From an uncultured Planctomycetota bacterium (GTDB lineage Bacteria > Planctomycetota > Planctomycetia > Gemmatales > Gemmataceae), in NCBI GenBank assembly GCA_963849325.1, contig CAWKHF010000012.1, positions 864,001 to 928,000 on the forward strand: 64,000 bases of DNA, read 5' to 3'. This document shows positions 34,177-45,344 of this stretch, in pieces. The notes under the pieces were generated by a model. The model had not been told where the DNA came from, did not search any database, and saw only the letters and a program-made list of their open reading frames with translations. A program made the position numbers and the translations under genes. Every line of letters starts with the position of its first letter. Positions within the stretch are counted from its first letter, which is position 1.

Positions 34177-37100
34177 TTATTTCGCCACGCGCAGCAGCAC
34201 CGACCGGGCTGCGTGCTCGCTGTTCTTGCCCTCGCGCCGCGCCAGCACCACGAACGGATGGCTTGTCGCGCTAACCCACGGCTCAGCGGAAATCACAATC
34301 GTCCTGCTCGTCTCCTGCGGCGTGATGAGGATGCCGTTGAGTCCGATGTCGAGTACGCGGACGCCGTGCGGCAACCCTTTCACGTCCAGCGGAATCCGAC
34401 CTCGAAAGCCGTTGCGCCGCTCGACCGTCACGGTCAGGCGCACCTCGCCGCCCGGCTTGACGGTGACTTCCGTCTGTCCCGTCGTCGTCACGATGTCGCC
34501 CGGCTCGATGACCTTCGGAACTCCGCCCGTTGCCTCGCGTACCATTTCCTTGCTGTCGAAGACGGCGCGAGCGATCAGCTTCAGGGGCGGCGCCTTGGCC
34601 GGGATAGTGGCAGTCGTCTCGGCGTAGAGAGCGAAGCTGGTGCTGTTTTCGTGGGCCGGAATGGTCGTGACCGGGGCGTGGAAGCCCGGCGGCAGGTCCA
34701 CCAGGCGGACCTCGATCGGTCCCTCGAAATCGTCATGGCGGTCGGCGATGACGTTGATGGCGACGGCGCCGCCCTTGTGGACGGTCGGCGCGATTGGGCC
34801 GAAGTTGACGGTGAAGCTCTGCCGCGGCGGACGCACGGTCAACTGGTAGGCGTAGTGAGGCCCACCCTGCCCGCGGGCGTCGCCGATACGCACCTGGTAT
34901 ACGCCGTCGGCGGGCGGGTCGAAGACGAGCCGCGAGTCCTTGCCGAAGGCGCCGCCGCCGTCGTCATTGCGATAATACAGAGTGACAATGGGCAGACCGT
35001 TCGCCGGGAAGGTCGTGCCGGGTGGATGGATCGACACCTTGTACATCGGCTGACCGAGGGGATGGAACGTCGGCGTGGTGCCGAGGTAGCCGCGCCGCCG
35101 ACCGCCGAGGCTCCAGAACTGGCAATCGTCGTCGGGGTTCTTCGGCAGCGCCCAGATGCGCAGCAACTCGTTGCCCAGGAGCATGTAATCGTCCATGGCC
35201 AGCTCGCTCCACGTCTCGATACGGATGCCCGTCGAGTTGGAATCGTGGTCGCGGAAGGTGGCATATGTTTTGGCAAGGCTGCGGAGCGTGGCGCGGGGCA
35301 GGAGCCGGCCTTTGTCGTCGAATACCTCGATCACCGAGTCGAGCGGCGAGCCGATCCGTCGTGCATTCACTTCCAGCAGGAAACGCTGTCCCTTGTTCGC
35401 CCGGAAGCGCCAGGTCTGTGTCGCGCCCGGCTGTCCGATGCGGCCGTTGGCCGTGCCGGGCACGGGAAGCGCCGCTCCTTCCACCGAGGAAGAGACTTGC
35501 GGGAACTCCTCGACCAGGACCGTCGGATTGCCGAGGGCCTTGATCGCCAGCGGCACCGGCAAGCGCGAAGCAAGGGCGGCGTTGTCCGGCGCCTTCACAC
35601 GCACGGAGCGAATGGGACCGAGATTGACGCCTTGCAAATGGATGTCCGCTTCCGTGCCGCGTTGCAGCCCGAGCGGAAAGACACTGCCGACAATGGGGAG
35701 TTCGCCGGTCTCCAATCGATACTTCATGCTGGGATCACCGCGATACTCGCGGTCGCGGATGCCGAGGGCGTACCACCCCGCCTGGACGCAAATGTGGCCG
35801 AGCAAGCCGTTGGTGCTCTCGGCCAGAACGTGGCCGTCGGCGTCGATCAGTTGCAGTACCACGTCGAGCTTGGCCTTGTCGGCCGGCTGCACGCGCACGC
35901 CGACCTCCTGGCCTTTCCGCCCCTCGAAGCGGTAATAATCCACGTCGCCGGCCCGGCCGATGCTGCCGATCACGGTCGCCGGCAGCCGGATCGGCTGCCC
36001 GGTACGCGGCGAATCGTTCGGCTCCTTCTCGCCGACGGGAGGCCGAGGTTTGATCGGCAGCGGTTCGGCCTGCGCTTTGCCGGTCGCCGCGTCGAGCAAG
36101 ACGAGAACACCATCGTAACGCCCCAGCGCCAGCTGCTTGCCGTCGGGACGAATGGCGAGACGGAGGGCCGTTTCGGGCTGCCGGTCGAACACACGGCGTT
36201 CGACCATGTTCGCGGTGTCCCACGCCTTGACGGTACGGTCCTCGCCGAGCGAGTACAGCGTCTTGCCGTCGGCGGCGTAGGCCAGGCGGACGACCGGCGC
36301 TTCGTGAGCGAAAACGGAATGCACAACTTTGCCGCCCTCGGCGGAGACCTGCCAGACGCGAATGCTTTTGTCCACGCCGGCCGCCGCCAGGTGCCGCCCA
36401 TCGGGACTCCAGGCGACGGCATAGACCCAGTCGGTGGACTCGCCCAGCGTGTACAGCCGCCTGCCGCTCGCCACGTCCCACACCTTGACAGCACGATCCG
36501 CCGCCACCGAGGCCAGCAGCTTGCCGTCCGGGCTGAAGGCGATGCCATACACGGAATCGCTGTGGTCCTTCAGGACGCGCAGCTCTTTCTTCACCGGCGA
36601 GGCCACGTCCCACAGTTTGATGAGCCGATCGTATCCGCAGCTCGCCAGCAACTTGCCGTCGGGACTGAAGGCGATGTCGTGAATGACGTCCGGATGTGTG
36701 TTGACGACGATCTCACCCGCCACGCTGGGGATGGCCCCCTCGGTGAAGTCATGGAGGCGAACTTCATGGACTTCGCCCATCGCACTGCTGGCGACGGCAA
36801 GCTGCTTGCCGTCGGGCCGAAACGCCAGGGCCGTCACGCGCGGATGCTGCCGCTCCACCTTCGCCAGCAAATCGCCCGTGGCGGTATCGAACAGGTAGAC
36901 CAGGCCGCGACCGCCGGCCGCGAGGACATGCCCGTCGGGATGATAGGCCAGCGCGGCGACGGGAGCGGCGACCGGCGCTTTCGGGCGAATGTCCGGGACG
37001 GTGACGCGGACGGCGCCGTCCTCCTTCGCCCCCGCATCGATCCAAGCCCGCAGCAGGGCGACCTCCTCGGGGCGCGGCTGCTTCTCCTTCTTGGGCGGCA

Positions 37101-37377
37101 TGAACGGCTTTTCCTTATGCTCGACCAGGCGGACGATGCGGCTGGCGTCGGCCTTACCAGGCGTGAGCACCGTGCCCTTGTCGCCGCCTTCGAGCAGCGA
37201 CTTGTACGTCTCCAGGTCCAGGCCGCCCTTGGGTTCGTCGCTGTTGTGGCATTCCGAGCAGTAACGGGCGAAGAACGGCTTGATCTGTTTGGCGTAGCTC
37301 GTCGTTTCCGCGCGGGATGAGGTAGGCGTGAGAGCCGCGAACAGAGCAGCCAGAAGAGAAAAGCGAAGGAAGCGCAT
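34177..37377 (-). CDS. Planctomycete cytochrome c + WD40 + PPC-domain secreted protein
   Basis: Signal peptide, CSECH heme motif, WD repeats (FSPDGK..., IKLWD), EKEPNDS / GDVDYYRF. Confidence 0.9.
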   Translation of the reverse strand: MRFLRFSLLAALFAALTPTSSRAETTSYAKQIKPFFARYCSECHNSDEPKGGLDLETYKSLLEGGDKGTVLTPGKADASRIVRLVEHKEKPFMPPKKEKQPRPEEVALLRAWIDAGAKEDGAVRVTVPDIRPKAPVAAPVAALAYHPDGHVLAAGGRGLVYLFDTATGDLLAKVERQHPRVTALAFRPDGKQLAVASSAMGEVHEVRLHDFTEGAIPSVAGEIVVNTHPDVIHDIAFSPDGKLLASCGYDRLIKLWDVASPVKKELRVLKDHSDSVYGIAFSPDGKLLASVAADRAVKVWDVASGRRLYTLGESTDWVYAVAWSPDGRHLAAAGVDKSIRVWQVSAEGGKVVHSVFAHEAPVVRLAYAADGKTLYSLGEDRTVKAWDTANMVERRVFDRQPETALRLAIRPDGKQLALGRYDGVLVLLDAATGKAQAEPLPIKPRPPVGEKEPNDSPRTGQPIRLPATVIGSIGRAGDVDYYRFEGRKGQEVGVRVQPADKAKLDVVLQLIDADGHVLAESTNGLLGHICVQAGWYALGIRDREYRGDPSMKYRLETGELPIVGSVFPLGLQRGTEADIHLQGVNLGPIRSVRVKAPDNAALASRLPVPLAIKALGNPTVLVEEFPQVSSSVEGAALPVPGTANGRIGQPGATQTWRFRANKGQRFLLEVNARRIGSPLDSVIEVFDDKGRLLPRATLRSLAKTYATFRDHDSNSTGIRIETWSELAMDDYMLLGNELLRIWALPKNPDDDCQFWSLGGRRRGYLGTTPTFHPLGQPMYKVSIHPPGTTFPANGLPIVTLYYRNDDGGGAFGKDSRLVFDPPADGVYQVRIGDARGQGGPHYAYQLTVRPPRQSFTVNFGPIAPTVHKGGAVAINVIADRHDDFEGPIEVRLVDLPPGFHAPVTTIPAHENSTSFALYAETTATIPAKAPPLKLIARAVFDSKEMVREATGGVPKVIEPGDIVTTTGQTEVTVKPGGEVRLTVTVERRNGFRGRIPLDVKGLPHGVRVLDIGLNGILITPQETSRTIVISAEPWVSATSHPFVVLARREGKNSEHAARSVLLRVAK

Positions 37378-37515
37378 GATGATATGTCTCAGTTTTTTTC
37401 GTTAGCCCAGCCCTTCAGAGGATATTGCATCCGCTCGGCGATTGCAACGCAACGCTTTCTCGGGAAAAAACCGGAGAGGTTTCCTCATTCCTCTCGGATG
37501 GAGGCGCCTCCCCTC

Positions 37516-38130
37516 TCAGGGTAGTTGGGCCACAAGTCCGGTGAGCGGGTCGAAGACATCGATGCGCGAAGTGGTCAGGAATCGAGATGGGAAAAGAACA
37601 AGGCAATCGTGACCAGGGTTTGTGGCGGATGGATACACAATTCCCTCGAAGTGGCCATCGTGGAACACCGCGTCTCCCAGCACTTGCGTCGGAGCATTCG
37701 GGACTCCCTTCCAGGGCGCGAGGATTTCGGTAACCGCCTGGATGCCGAGTTGGAGACGAGTGAGTGGGTCGCGGAGGTCCAAGAGACGGGATGCGCGAAC
37801 GTGGGCGCCAATCATCGCGACGGGATCGGGACGCAGTCCGCCCGCCGCCAAGAGCGCCTGCCCGGCAGGGGTCGTAGCCGCCTGGTAGTACGGTTGGTTT
37901 CCCTCTCGATGAGCGGTGTCCGCATCGAGCGCGGCGTACAGGGCAGCCGGTCCATTGGGGCGGACAAACCGACTGCCGTAGGCCCCTCCCGCCGCGGCGA
38001 GCAAGGGTTGCACCGTGGCGAAGTTCGAGAAGTGGCGGAGGTGGATGGATCGAAAGATGATGGCGGCAAGGGGGATGGCCTGCGGTCGGGCTGCCGCGAT
38101 CGCCCCAGCGAGGCGGGGCGGGTTAAGCAT
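37516..38130 (-). CDS. RES domain toxin
   Basis: FRSI, GSRF, ALYAALDADTAHRE, LLDLRD, TQVLG, GIVYPSA, LVLF. Confidence 0.85.
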   Translation of the reverse strand: MLNPPRLAGAIAAARPQAIPLAAIIFRSIHLRHFSNFATVQPLLAAAGGAYGSRFVRPNGPAALYAALDADTAHREGNQPYYQAATTPAGQALLAAGGLRPDPVAMIGAHVRASRLLDLRDPLTRLQLGIQAVTEILAPWKGVPNAPTQVLGDAVFHDGHFEGIVYPSATNPGHDCLVLFPSRFLTTSRIDVFDPLTGLVAQLP

Positions 38131-38542
38131 AGATCGGGCTCGATCCCCACTGCGATTCCAGCGTCCCTAGTACCATTTTCGCCTGCCCCTTGCGAATGGC
38201 ATCCAGAGGGGTCGTCTCGAAGCCTGCCCCTGGACTAACGAGCCACACAAGGGCGGCGGCGTCGGAGCCAAGGTGCTCGGCCAAGAGTTTCCGCATGCGC
38301 TGGAATACGCGCCGATCTTCCGGGCTGAGACCGTCTGCTATCTCGTCGATCTGGGCCTCATCTGGGATGCCGGCCACTGGCGCGATAGACCTATCCTCCA
38401 AAGAGGAAACCGTCGACGGGGCCGGCGATTGTTTACCTGTCTTTCGCCCCCCTGTCTGCTTCGACGCCTTCTTGCCCGAAGAGACCGTGAGGGGATCTTT
38501 CTTCGGTGCTTTCGTCTTGCCGGATCGTTTGGCCTTGCCCAC
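38123..38542 (-). CDS. Xre/MbcA/ParS-type antitoxin (DUF2384-like C-terminus)
   Basis: AALVWLVSP...TTPLDAIRKG...VLGTL; overlaps the toxin start by 8 nt; GGAGG upstream of GTG. Confidence 0.8.
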   Translation of the reverse strand: MGKAKRSGKTKAPKKDPLTVSSGKKASKQTGGRKTGKQSPAPSTVSSLEDRSIAPVAGIPDEAQIDEIADGLSPEDRRVFQRMRKLLAEHLGSDAAALVWLVSPGAGFETTPLDAIRKGQAKMVLGTLESQWGSSPIYA

Positions 38543-38607
38543 TGTTCACCTCCTCCACGTCGATTGTATCCCGTTCGTATCGTTCGTTTGGAGGTCAATC
38601 GGAATCG

Positions 38608-41105
38608 TCAACGGTTGAACATGAACTCCTTCGAGGACAGCACGGCCCAGAACAGGTCTTGCAGCGCCTCGCGGCGTGTCGTCTTGGTATCGGCGGCCGC
38701 CTCGGCCAGCAGCACCTGAAACGTCTTCTGCTCCGTCGCCGTCGGCGGACGGCACAGGGCCAGCACGAACAAACGGCGTATCGCCTCGTCATCCGTCACC
38801 TTGTCGCGCAGCCACGTTTCGACGCGCGAACCCTTGGCCCGAATCTTGTCGTTGAGGGTTTGACCATTGTTCAGGTGCAGCGCCTGGCCAACGCTGGAAT
38901 CTTGCTGCCGTTCGCAGGAACACGTCTGGCGCGCTCGGGCCGGCCGAAGGCGTCGAGGAATCGCGACACCACCAGCGAGTCGGGCAGTTGCAGTGCCCGC
39001 GTACCGAGTGGATAACCGCTGTAATTGCTGGCGGAATCGCCGGCGGCCGAGCTGACTTTCGTGAACGACGTCGGCACGCCCGTCACTTCCGAGTAGGCGT
39101 CGAGGATGACCTCGGCCGGCAGGCGGCGGATCAGGTAGTGCGAGTAAAAGCGATCGTCACCCTTGTTGGCCGGCAGCGGCCGCGACGAACGCTGGTAGCT
39201 CGCCGAGTTCAGGATGGTGCGGATCAGGTGCTTGACATCGTACTTGTGAGCGATGAAGTCCTTGGCCAGGGCGTCGAGTAACTCGGGGTTGGTCGGCGGA
39301 TTGGTCTGGCGCAGGTCGTCCTCGGCCTCGACCAAGCCGCGTCCCATGAAGTTGCGCCAGACGCGATTGACCAGCGCCTTGGCGAAATACGGATTGTCCG
39401 CCGCCGTCAGCCAGTCGGCGAGATAGGCACGGCGATCGACGGGGCTGTCCAGTGACAGTGGCTTGCCATCAAGAGGCGCCGGCGGCATGGGCACACCGCG
39501 GCGCAGGTGCGGCACGTCGCCGGACGGCAACGATTGCACGTTGACGTCGCCGGAGCGCTCGCCATTCTTGAGGGCCACACGCGCGAACAGGTTGGCCATG
39601 CTCCAGTATTGGTCCTGCGTCCACTTCTCCAGCGGATGATTGTGGCAGCGACAGCAGGTGATCGACATGCCCAGGAAGGTCACGGCGGTCGCTTCGGTCA
39701 GGTCGGTGATGTCCTTGTGCAGCACGAAATAGTTGGCGGCGCCGTTGTCGAGACTGCCGCCGCTGGCCGTGACGATGTCGCGGGCAAAACGGTCCCACGG
39801 TTTGTTGTCCGCGACACTCTGACGGACGAACTGGTAGAACGACCACACGGCCGGTTGCGGCAGGCGGCGCGTGGTGATGAGCAGCATGTCCGACCACTTG
39901 TACGTCCAGTAATCGACGTACTCCGGCCGTTCCAACAGAGCATCGATCAACCGTGCCCGCTTGCCCGGCGACTTGTCGGCGAGAAACTTCTGTAACTCTT
40001 CCGGCCTGGGCAGGATGCCCGCCGCGTCGAGATAGGCCCGGCGCAGGAACTCGGCATCAGTACAAACCGGCGATGGTGGGATGCGCAGCGCTTCCAGCTT
40101 TCGCAGGACCAGTTCGTCGATGAAATTATGCTTCTCCGCCGAGGTGAATATCTTGGGATCGATGGCGCCCGGCAACGGCGAGGCGATGCGATTGGCGGCG
40201 ACGAGGTTGGAGTACCAGACCGTGATGGCCGCCTCTCCGTGGCCGGCGACCTGGACCAGACCATCGGCGTTGACGGTGGCGACGAGGTCTTCGCTGCTGT
40301 TGAACTTGGCCCAGCGCGTCACGTCTTCGGAATGACCGTCGGAGTACCAGGCGCGGACGACGACTTGTAGCGTGTCCTTGGGCTGGAGGACCGCCGCGGC
40401 CGGCAGCACTTCCAGGCGTTGAATACGAGGGTCGTCGGCGCGCGGTGCCGGCGCCCCGGCGGCGATCCAGTCGGCCAGGACGTGGTAGTCCGCCGAGCCA
40501 GTCTCGATCTTCTGTCCGCCGCCGTGCGGCATCGTCTGCGTCGGCTTGAGCAGGACCAGACTGCGGGCCGGCTCGCTGCGATCGACGCGCCGCCCCAGCG
40601 CCTGCCGCGTCAGTGCGAAATGATCGCTATGCGGGTCGAAGCCGCGTAGTGACAGCTTGAGTCCGCCCTTGCCGGCGAGGGCGCCGTGACAGGATCCGGA
40701 GTTGCAGCCTGTTCGCGTCATCATGGGAATGACGTGATTGCGGAAGCTCCAGCTGAACGGTTCCTTGACCTTGCGAACGGTTACTTTCACGCTGGCTTGC
40801 CGATCGGCGACGACGGCGGTGATCGTCGCCTCGCCATCGTCGGCCGCGCGCACGATACCATTAGCATCTACACTCGCCGCAGCCGGATTGGAGGATGTGA
40901 ACTTCGCCTGCAATGTTCGCTCGCCGACGACTCGTCCGTCTTCCTCGGCAACGACCAGCAGGCGCTGGCTGGCGTGCGGCCCGGTCAGCGTGATGTCCGC
41001 GGGCCGAATCTTCAACTCGGAAGCCACGAGCACAGACGGAGAGAGAGAAAAGCAAAGGCCGATGACGGCCGAACAACAAATGGTGTTCCGCATGATGCGT
41101 CTCAT
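38608..41105 (-). CDS. DUF1549/DUF1553 (PSD1) protein with Ig-like domains (frameshift ~38930)
   Basis: CNSGSCHG, FLRRAYLD, CCRCHNHP, VNRVWRNFMGRGLV, SSKEFMFN. Confidence 0.9.
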
Positions 41106-41128
41106 TGCAAATCCGAACCGGAAGCGTA

Positions 41129-41182
41129 AATCCGAGCCTGAAGCGTAAGCGAAGTTCTTCGCTTACGCTTCAGGCTCGGATT
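41129..41182. repeat. REP-like palindrome (26-bp arms) with a partial tandem copy at 41109-41129
   Basis: aatccgagcctgaagcgtaagcgaag-tt-cttcgcttacgcttcaggctcggatt. Confidence 0.85.
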
Positions 41183-42252
41183 GATCTTGTTTTATCCTTT
41201 CGACTTGGCGGCGCGTTCGGGCGCAGCGAGCGGACGACAGTGCCGGCCTGCCACATTTCGCTGTCGGCGACCTCTTTCAACTCTTTTTCGAGCTGTTGGC
41301 GATAATCGCTGCGGCTGTTGGCTTCCAGCACGCGCCGCGTCTCGTCGCCCTCGGCCACCTTGCGATACAGTTCCTCGAACACCGGCCGGGCGGCGTCGCG
41401 GAAGTGCCGAAACCAGTCCAGAGCGCCGCGCTGCGCCGTCGTCGAACAGTTGGCGTACATCCAATCCATGCCGTTCTCGGCGATGAGCGGATACAGGCTC
41501 TGCGTCGCCTCCTCGACCGTCTCGTTGAACGCCTCCGACGGCGAATGGCCGTGCTCGCGCAAGACCTCGTACTGCGCCAGCCACAATCCGTAAATCGCTC
41601 CCATCAGCACGCCGCGCTCGCCGGTCAGGTCGCTGAAGACTTCTTTCTGGAAGGTGGTCTCGAACAGGTAGCCGGAGCCGATGGCGATGCCCAGCGCCAG
41701 CGCTCGTTGTCGCGCCTTGCCGGTCGCGTCCTGGTGGATGGCGAAGCTGGCGTTGATGCCCTTGCCTTCGAGAAAGAGCCGCCGCACCGTCGTGCCCGAA
41801 CCCTTCGGCGCGACGAGAATGACATCGATGTCCTTGCTGGGCACGACGCCGGTCTGGTCGCTGTAGACAATGCTGAAGCCGTGCGAGAAGTACAGCGCCT
41901 TGCCTTTCGTCAGGTGCGGCTTGAGGGAGGGCCAGAATTCCTTCTGGCCGGCGTCAGAGAGGAGATACTGGATGATCGTGCCGCGCTTGGCCGCCTCTTC
42001 CAGCGGGAACAGTGTTTGTCCGGGCACCCAGCCATCCTGCACGGCCAGATCCCAGCTGCGCGTCTTCTCGCGCTGACCGACGATCACCTTGACGCCGTGG
42101 TCCTTCATGTTGAGCGATTGGCCGCGGCCCTGGACGCCGTAGCCGAGGACGGCGACCGTCTCGGGTCCGAGGATGGCTTGCAAGCGCTCGGGTGGATAAT
42201 CGGAGCGCTCCACCACGGTTTCCTTCACGTTCCCAATCTGAATCTGGCGCAT
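41170..42252 (-). CDS. ilvC: Ketol-acid reductoisomerase
   Basis: GYGVQGRGQSLN, FSHGF, VAPKGSG, SDLTGERG, NETVEEA, CSTTAQRGA. Confidence 0.95.
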   Translation of the reverse strand: MRQIQIGNVKETVVERSDYPPERLQAILGPETVAVLGYGVQGRGQSLNMKDHGVKVIVGQREKTRSWDLAVQDGWVPGQTLFPLEEAAKRGTIIQYLLSDAGQKEFWPSLKPHLTKGKALYFSHGFSIVYSDQTGVVPSKDIDVILVAPKGSGTTVRRLFLEGKGINASFAIHQDATGKARQRALALGIAIGSGYLFETTFQKEVFSDLTGERGVLMGAIYGLWLAQYEVLREHGHSPSEAFNETVEEATQSLYPLIAENGMDWMYANCSTTAQRGALDWFRHFRDAARPVFEELYRKVAEGDETRRVLEANSRSDYRQQLEKELKEVADSEMWQAGTVVRSLRPNAPPSRKDKTRSIRA

Positions 42253-42265
42253 GGATCTCTTCCCA

Positions 42266-42332
42266 CGTTTAGCCGCGACGCGCAGCGGAGCGCGAGACCG
42301 TCGCGCGCTCCGCTGCGCGTCGCGGCTAAACG
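42266..42332. repeat. REP-like palindrome, family A
   Basis: cgtttagccgcgacgcgcagcggagcgcg...cgcgctccgctgcgcgtcgcggctaaacg. Confidence 0.85.
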
Positions 42333-42401
42333 AAGACACGTCATCACTGTATAGTAAGCCGGAGACCTTGACCACCCAACCACCTAACCACCCAAGTACC
42401 C

Positions 42402-43479
42402 ATGTTGATCGTTGATGCTCACCTGGACCTGGCCTGGAACGCCCTGGATTGGAACCGCGACCTGCTGCTGCCGGCGGCCGACATCCGCCGCCGCGAGTGC
42501 GAGCTGGGCATGACCGGCAAGGGCCGTGGCGAAGGCACGGTGTCGTTTCCCGAGCTGCGTCGCGGCGGTGTCGGCCTGTTCATCGCCACGCTGTTGCCCC
42601 GCCTGCTGCGGGCCAACCTCATGCCCGCCATCCAGCGCTACGAGCGGATGGAGGGTGCCTATGCCGCCGCCCACGGACAGATGGCGTATTACCGTGTCCT
42701 CGAACAGCAGGGCGTGCTGCGCTGGATCAAAGACGCGCCGAGTCTCGAAGCCCACGTCCGCGCCTGGCAGAGCAACGCCGACAAGGAACCGCTCGGCTTC
42801 ATCCTCAGCATGGAAGGGGCCGACCCCGTGCTGTCGCCGGAGCAGGTCGAGGAGTGGTGGCAAGCGGGACTGCGGATCATCGGGCCAGCCCACTACGGCG
42901 TCAGTCCCTACGCCGCACGGCACCGGCACCGAGGGCGGACTTTTCCCGCAAGGGCCGGCCCTGCTCAAGGAAATGGAGCGCGTCGGCATGGTCCTCGACG
43001 TGACGCATCTGTCCGATCAGTGCTTCGACGAGGCGCTGGACATCTACGGCGGGCCGGTGCTGGCCAGTCATCACAACTGCCGCGCCCTGGTGCCGGACCA
43101 GCGACAGTTGACCGACGAGCAGATCGAGCGGCTGATCCAGCGCGGCGCGGTGATCGGCGCCGCCCTGGACGCCTGGATGCTGGTGCCCGGCTGGGTGCGC
43201 GGCCAGACGCGGCCGGAAGAAACCGGCGTCAGGCTGGAGACAATGGTGGACCACATCGATCGCGTCTGCCAGCTGGCCGGCAACGCTCGTCATGCCGCCG
43301 TCGGCACCGACCTGGACGGCGGCTTCGGCCGCGAACAATCGCCGTATGACCTGGACACCATCGCCGACCTGCGGCGCCTGCCCGACCTGCTCCGCCGCCG
43401 CGGCTACGACGGCGAGGCGATCGCCGCCATTCTGCATGGCAACTGGATACGGTTCTTCTCCGAGGCATTGCGACGCTGA
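42402..43479 (+). CDS. Membrane dipeptidase, peptidase M19 (frameshift ~42910)
   Basis: VDAHLD, SMEGAD, LDVTHLS, ASHHNCR, HID, GTDLDGG, GNWIRF. Confidence 0.9.
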
Positions 43480-43539
43480 GTCGCGGCCGTCATGCCTATG
43501 TCGAGGAGACGCCGCCAGTCGATATCGAGGGAAACGTTG

Positions 43540-44292
43540 ATGTCCACGAACTCGGCCACGACTGACCGTTCCTCCTTCTGGGCTAAGCAAATCGCGCCGC
43601 GAATAACCGTTGGCCAGATCGCCTTCGATTTCGCGTTCGGGATTGCGCTCCCCGTGATCTGCCTGTATTTTGACCCCATCGTCTTTCACGCGACTTTTGG
43701 CGAACCTCTCCTCGGCCGTCATGCCGTTGTCGCCGGCATAGCCATCGGCCTTGGGTTGCTTTCGCTATCTGCATGGATGTTGATTCGGTGGCCGCCGGCT
43801 TTCATGGCCGGGCTCTTGGCTGGAGGCGCGATCTTTGCCACACTGCTCGGCTTGGTCCTTCTTCCCTTTAGCCTAATCGGCCTGTTCGCCTGCATAGGTG
43901 TTCTCGGCTTTTCGCCATTTGTGACAGCCTTTGTCCTCTGGCGAAATGCCGTTCGCGCGTACCGGCGGACTCGCCAGGGCAGAAGCGAAAGATGGGTGCT
44001 GATAGGGGTGGCTGCTGGTCTGGCAATGTCCTGCGCGGGACCGTGGGTCGTCCAGTCGTATGTCACCTACGAATCTTCACGGGCATTGGAAATGGTACAG
44101 TCGCCTGATGCGGTTGAAGCCGCGCAGGGACTTTCCGTATTCAAACGATTGCGTGTCTTCGCCAACTATGATCGGCTTGTTTTCGCATATGAGGCAGAGA
44201 AGGATGCAGAACGTCGTGAACAGTTAGCTGAGGCGTACAAGGAGTTAACGGGCACGGAAATCGAGCATCGGCTTGCAATCCTCCGGGATTGA
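43540..44292 (+). CDS. Hypothetical multi-pass membrane protein
   Basis: Five or six hydrophobic segments; more AT-rich than neighbours; start uncertain (43492 or 43540). Confidence 0.65.
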   Translation: MSTNSATTDRSSFWAKQIAPRITVGQIAFDFAFGIALPVICLYFDPIVFHATFGEPLLGRHAVVAGIAIGLGLLSLSAWMLIRWPPAFMAGLLAGGAIFATLLGLVLLPFSLIGLFACIGVLGFSPFVTAFVLWRNAVRAYRRTRQGRSERWVLIGVAAGLAMSCAGPWVVQSYVTYESSRALEMVQSPDAVEAAQGLSVFKRLRVFANYDRLVFAYEAEKDAERREQLAEAYKELTGTEIEHRLAILRD

Positions 44293-44536
44293 CACCGGGC
44301 TTTCGCCGCCCCGGGAACTTCCTTTGGGGATGATGCGACGGCGAACACAGGTACTCCTTTGGCGGCTGCCGAAAAAGGCGGTTGCCTCGGTCGAAAGGGA
44401 TGTTTGCGCTTCGGTCGCGGGAAATCCATGCGGATCTCCTCTCGGATTGCTCGACGAAGGACCGAACAGGGAAGGGAGGCGTGTATCGGTTCGCGGCGGA
44501 GATATCTCGGCCGGGTTGCCTCCAACACGGAGTAGG

Positions 44537-45289
44537 ATGCTCATGTTCCGGCAGTTGGCAAGGATGCTCTGGTTGCGGCGATTCCAGTCCCTTCGGCGCA
44601 CGCTGACCTTGACAGCGGCGTTGTCTCTGGGATGGAACGCGGCCCAGACAGCACAGGCGCAAGTCGGATCGCGCGGCAGTGATCACGGCGCGGTCGTCTG
44701 CCCCGGCGGCTGTTACGGCGGCGCTCACCCGTTCGGTTGCCGCGGCTACGGCGGTCCCGGATACTACGGCTTCTTCCGGCGCTACTGGTCCTACGGCTTT
44801 TACGGGCCGAACTATCTCTACGGACCCAACGACGGCATCAATGGCTTCGAGCCGGGCTACGGTCTGGTCTATGCGATCCCTCCCTGCGCTCGGGATGCTG
44901 CCAATTCCGCGATCCCACCCTCCGCCGCCTCCGGCTCCTCGACCTCCTCGGCCAACACGAACACGCCGGGCACCGCCACCACTACCCCTGCGGCTTCGCG
45001 GGCGGACAACACTCCTCTGCCGGAGAACGCCGCGCGCGTGCTGGTGATCGTGCCGGAGAATGCGGAGGTCTTGTTCAACGGAGGCAAGACCGCTCAGACG
45101 GGAACGATCCGCGAGTTCGTCTCGCCGCCTCTGGCGCCCGGCAAGAACTTCACCTACGAAATGGTTGTCCGTCGCCCGGATGCCGGCGGCGGGACGATGG
45201 AAGAAAAGCGCTCCCTCCGCGTTCGTGCCAACGAGCAGTATCGCATCGATTTTACCGAGTCCCTGATTCGGTCGGAGCCGCGACCGTGA
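44537..45289 (+). CDS. TIGR03000-like planctomycete exported domain protein
   Basis: Signal peptide, Gly/Tyr-rich segment, VPENAEVLFNG...REFVSPPLAPGKNFTYE; start uncertain. Confidence 0.8.
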   Translation: MLMFRQLARMLWLRRFQSLRRTLTLTAALSLGWNAAQTAQAQVGSRGSDHGAVVCPGGCYGGAHPFGCRGYGGPGYYGFFRRYWSYGFYGPNYLYGPNDGINGFEPGYGLVYAIPPCARDAANSAIPPSAASGSSTSSANTNTPGTATTTPAASRADNTPLPENAARVLVIVPENAEVLFNGGKTAQTGTIREFVSPPLAPGKNFTYEMVVRRPDAGGGTMEEKRSLRVRANEQYRIDFTESLIRSEPRP

Positions 45290-45329
45290 GGGAGCGGGAG
45301 AAAGCCCCGCTCCCTGACGGTCGCGGCTC
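45275..45329. repeat. REP-like palindrome, family B
   Basis: gagccgcgaccgtgagggagcggg...cccgctccctgacggtcgcggctc; contains the upstream gene's stop codon. Confidence 0.85.
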
Positions 45330-45344
45330 GGTTTTTCCGCGCGC

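Noticed and set aside
34213-37320. Long antisense ORFs (e.g. 1035 aa opposite the WD40 gene)
   Set aside because: Shadow ORFs expected from high-GC codon bias; the opposite strand carries the recognisable domains.
42253-42375. N-terminal extension of IlvC in the ORF track
   Set aside because: It translates a family A palindrome; the likely start is ATG 42252.
43492-44330. AT-richer membrane gene as another integron cassette
   Set aside because: No RYYYAAC...GTTRRRY hairpin with attC spacing was found on either side.
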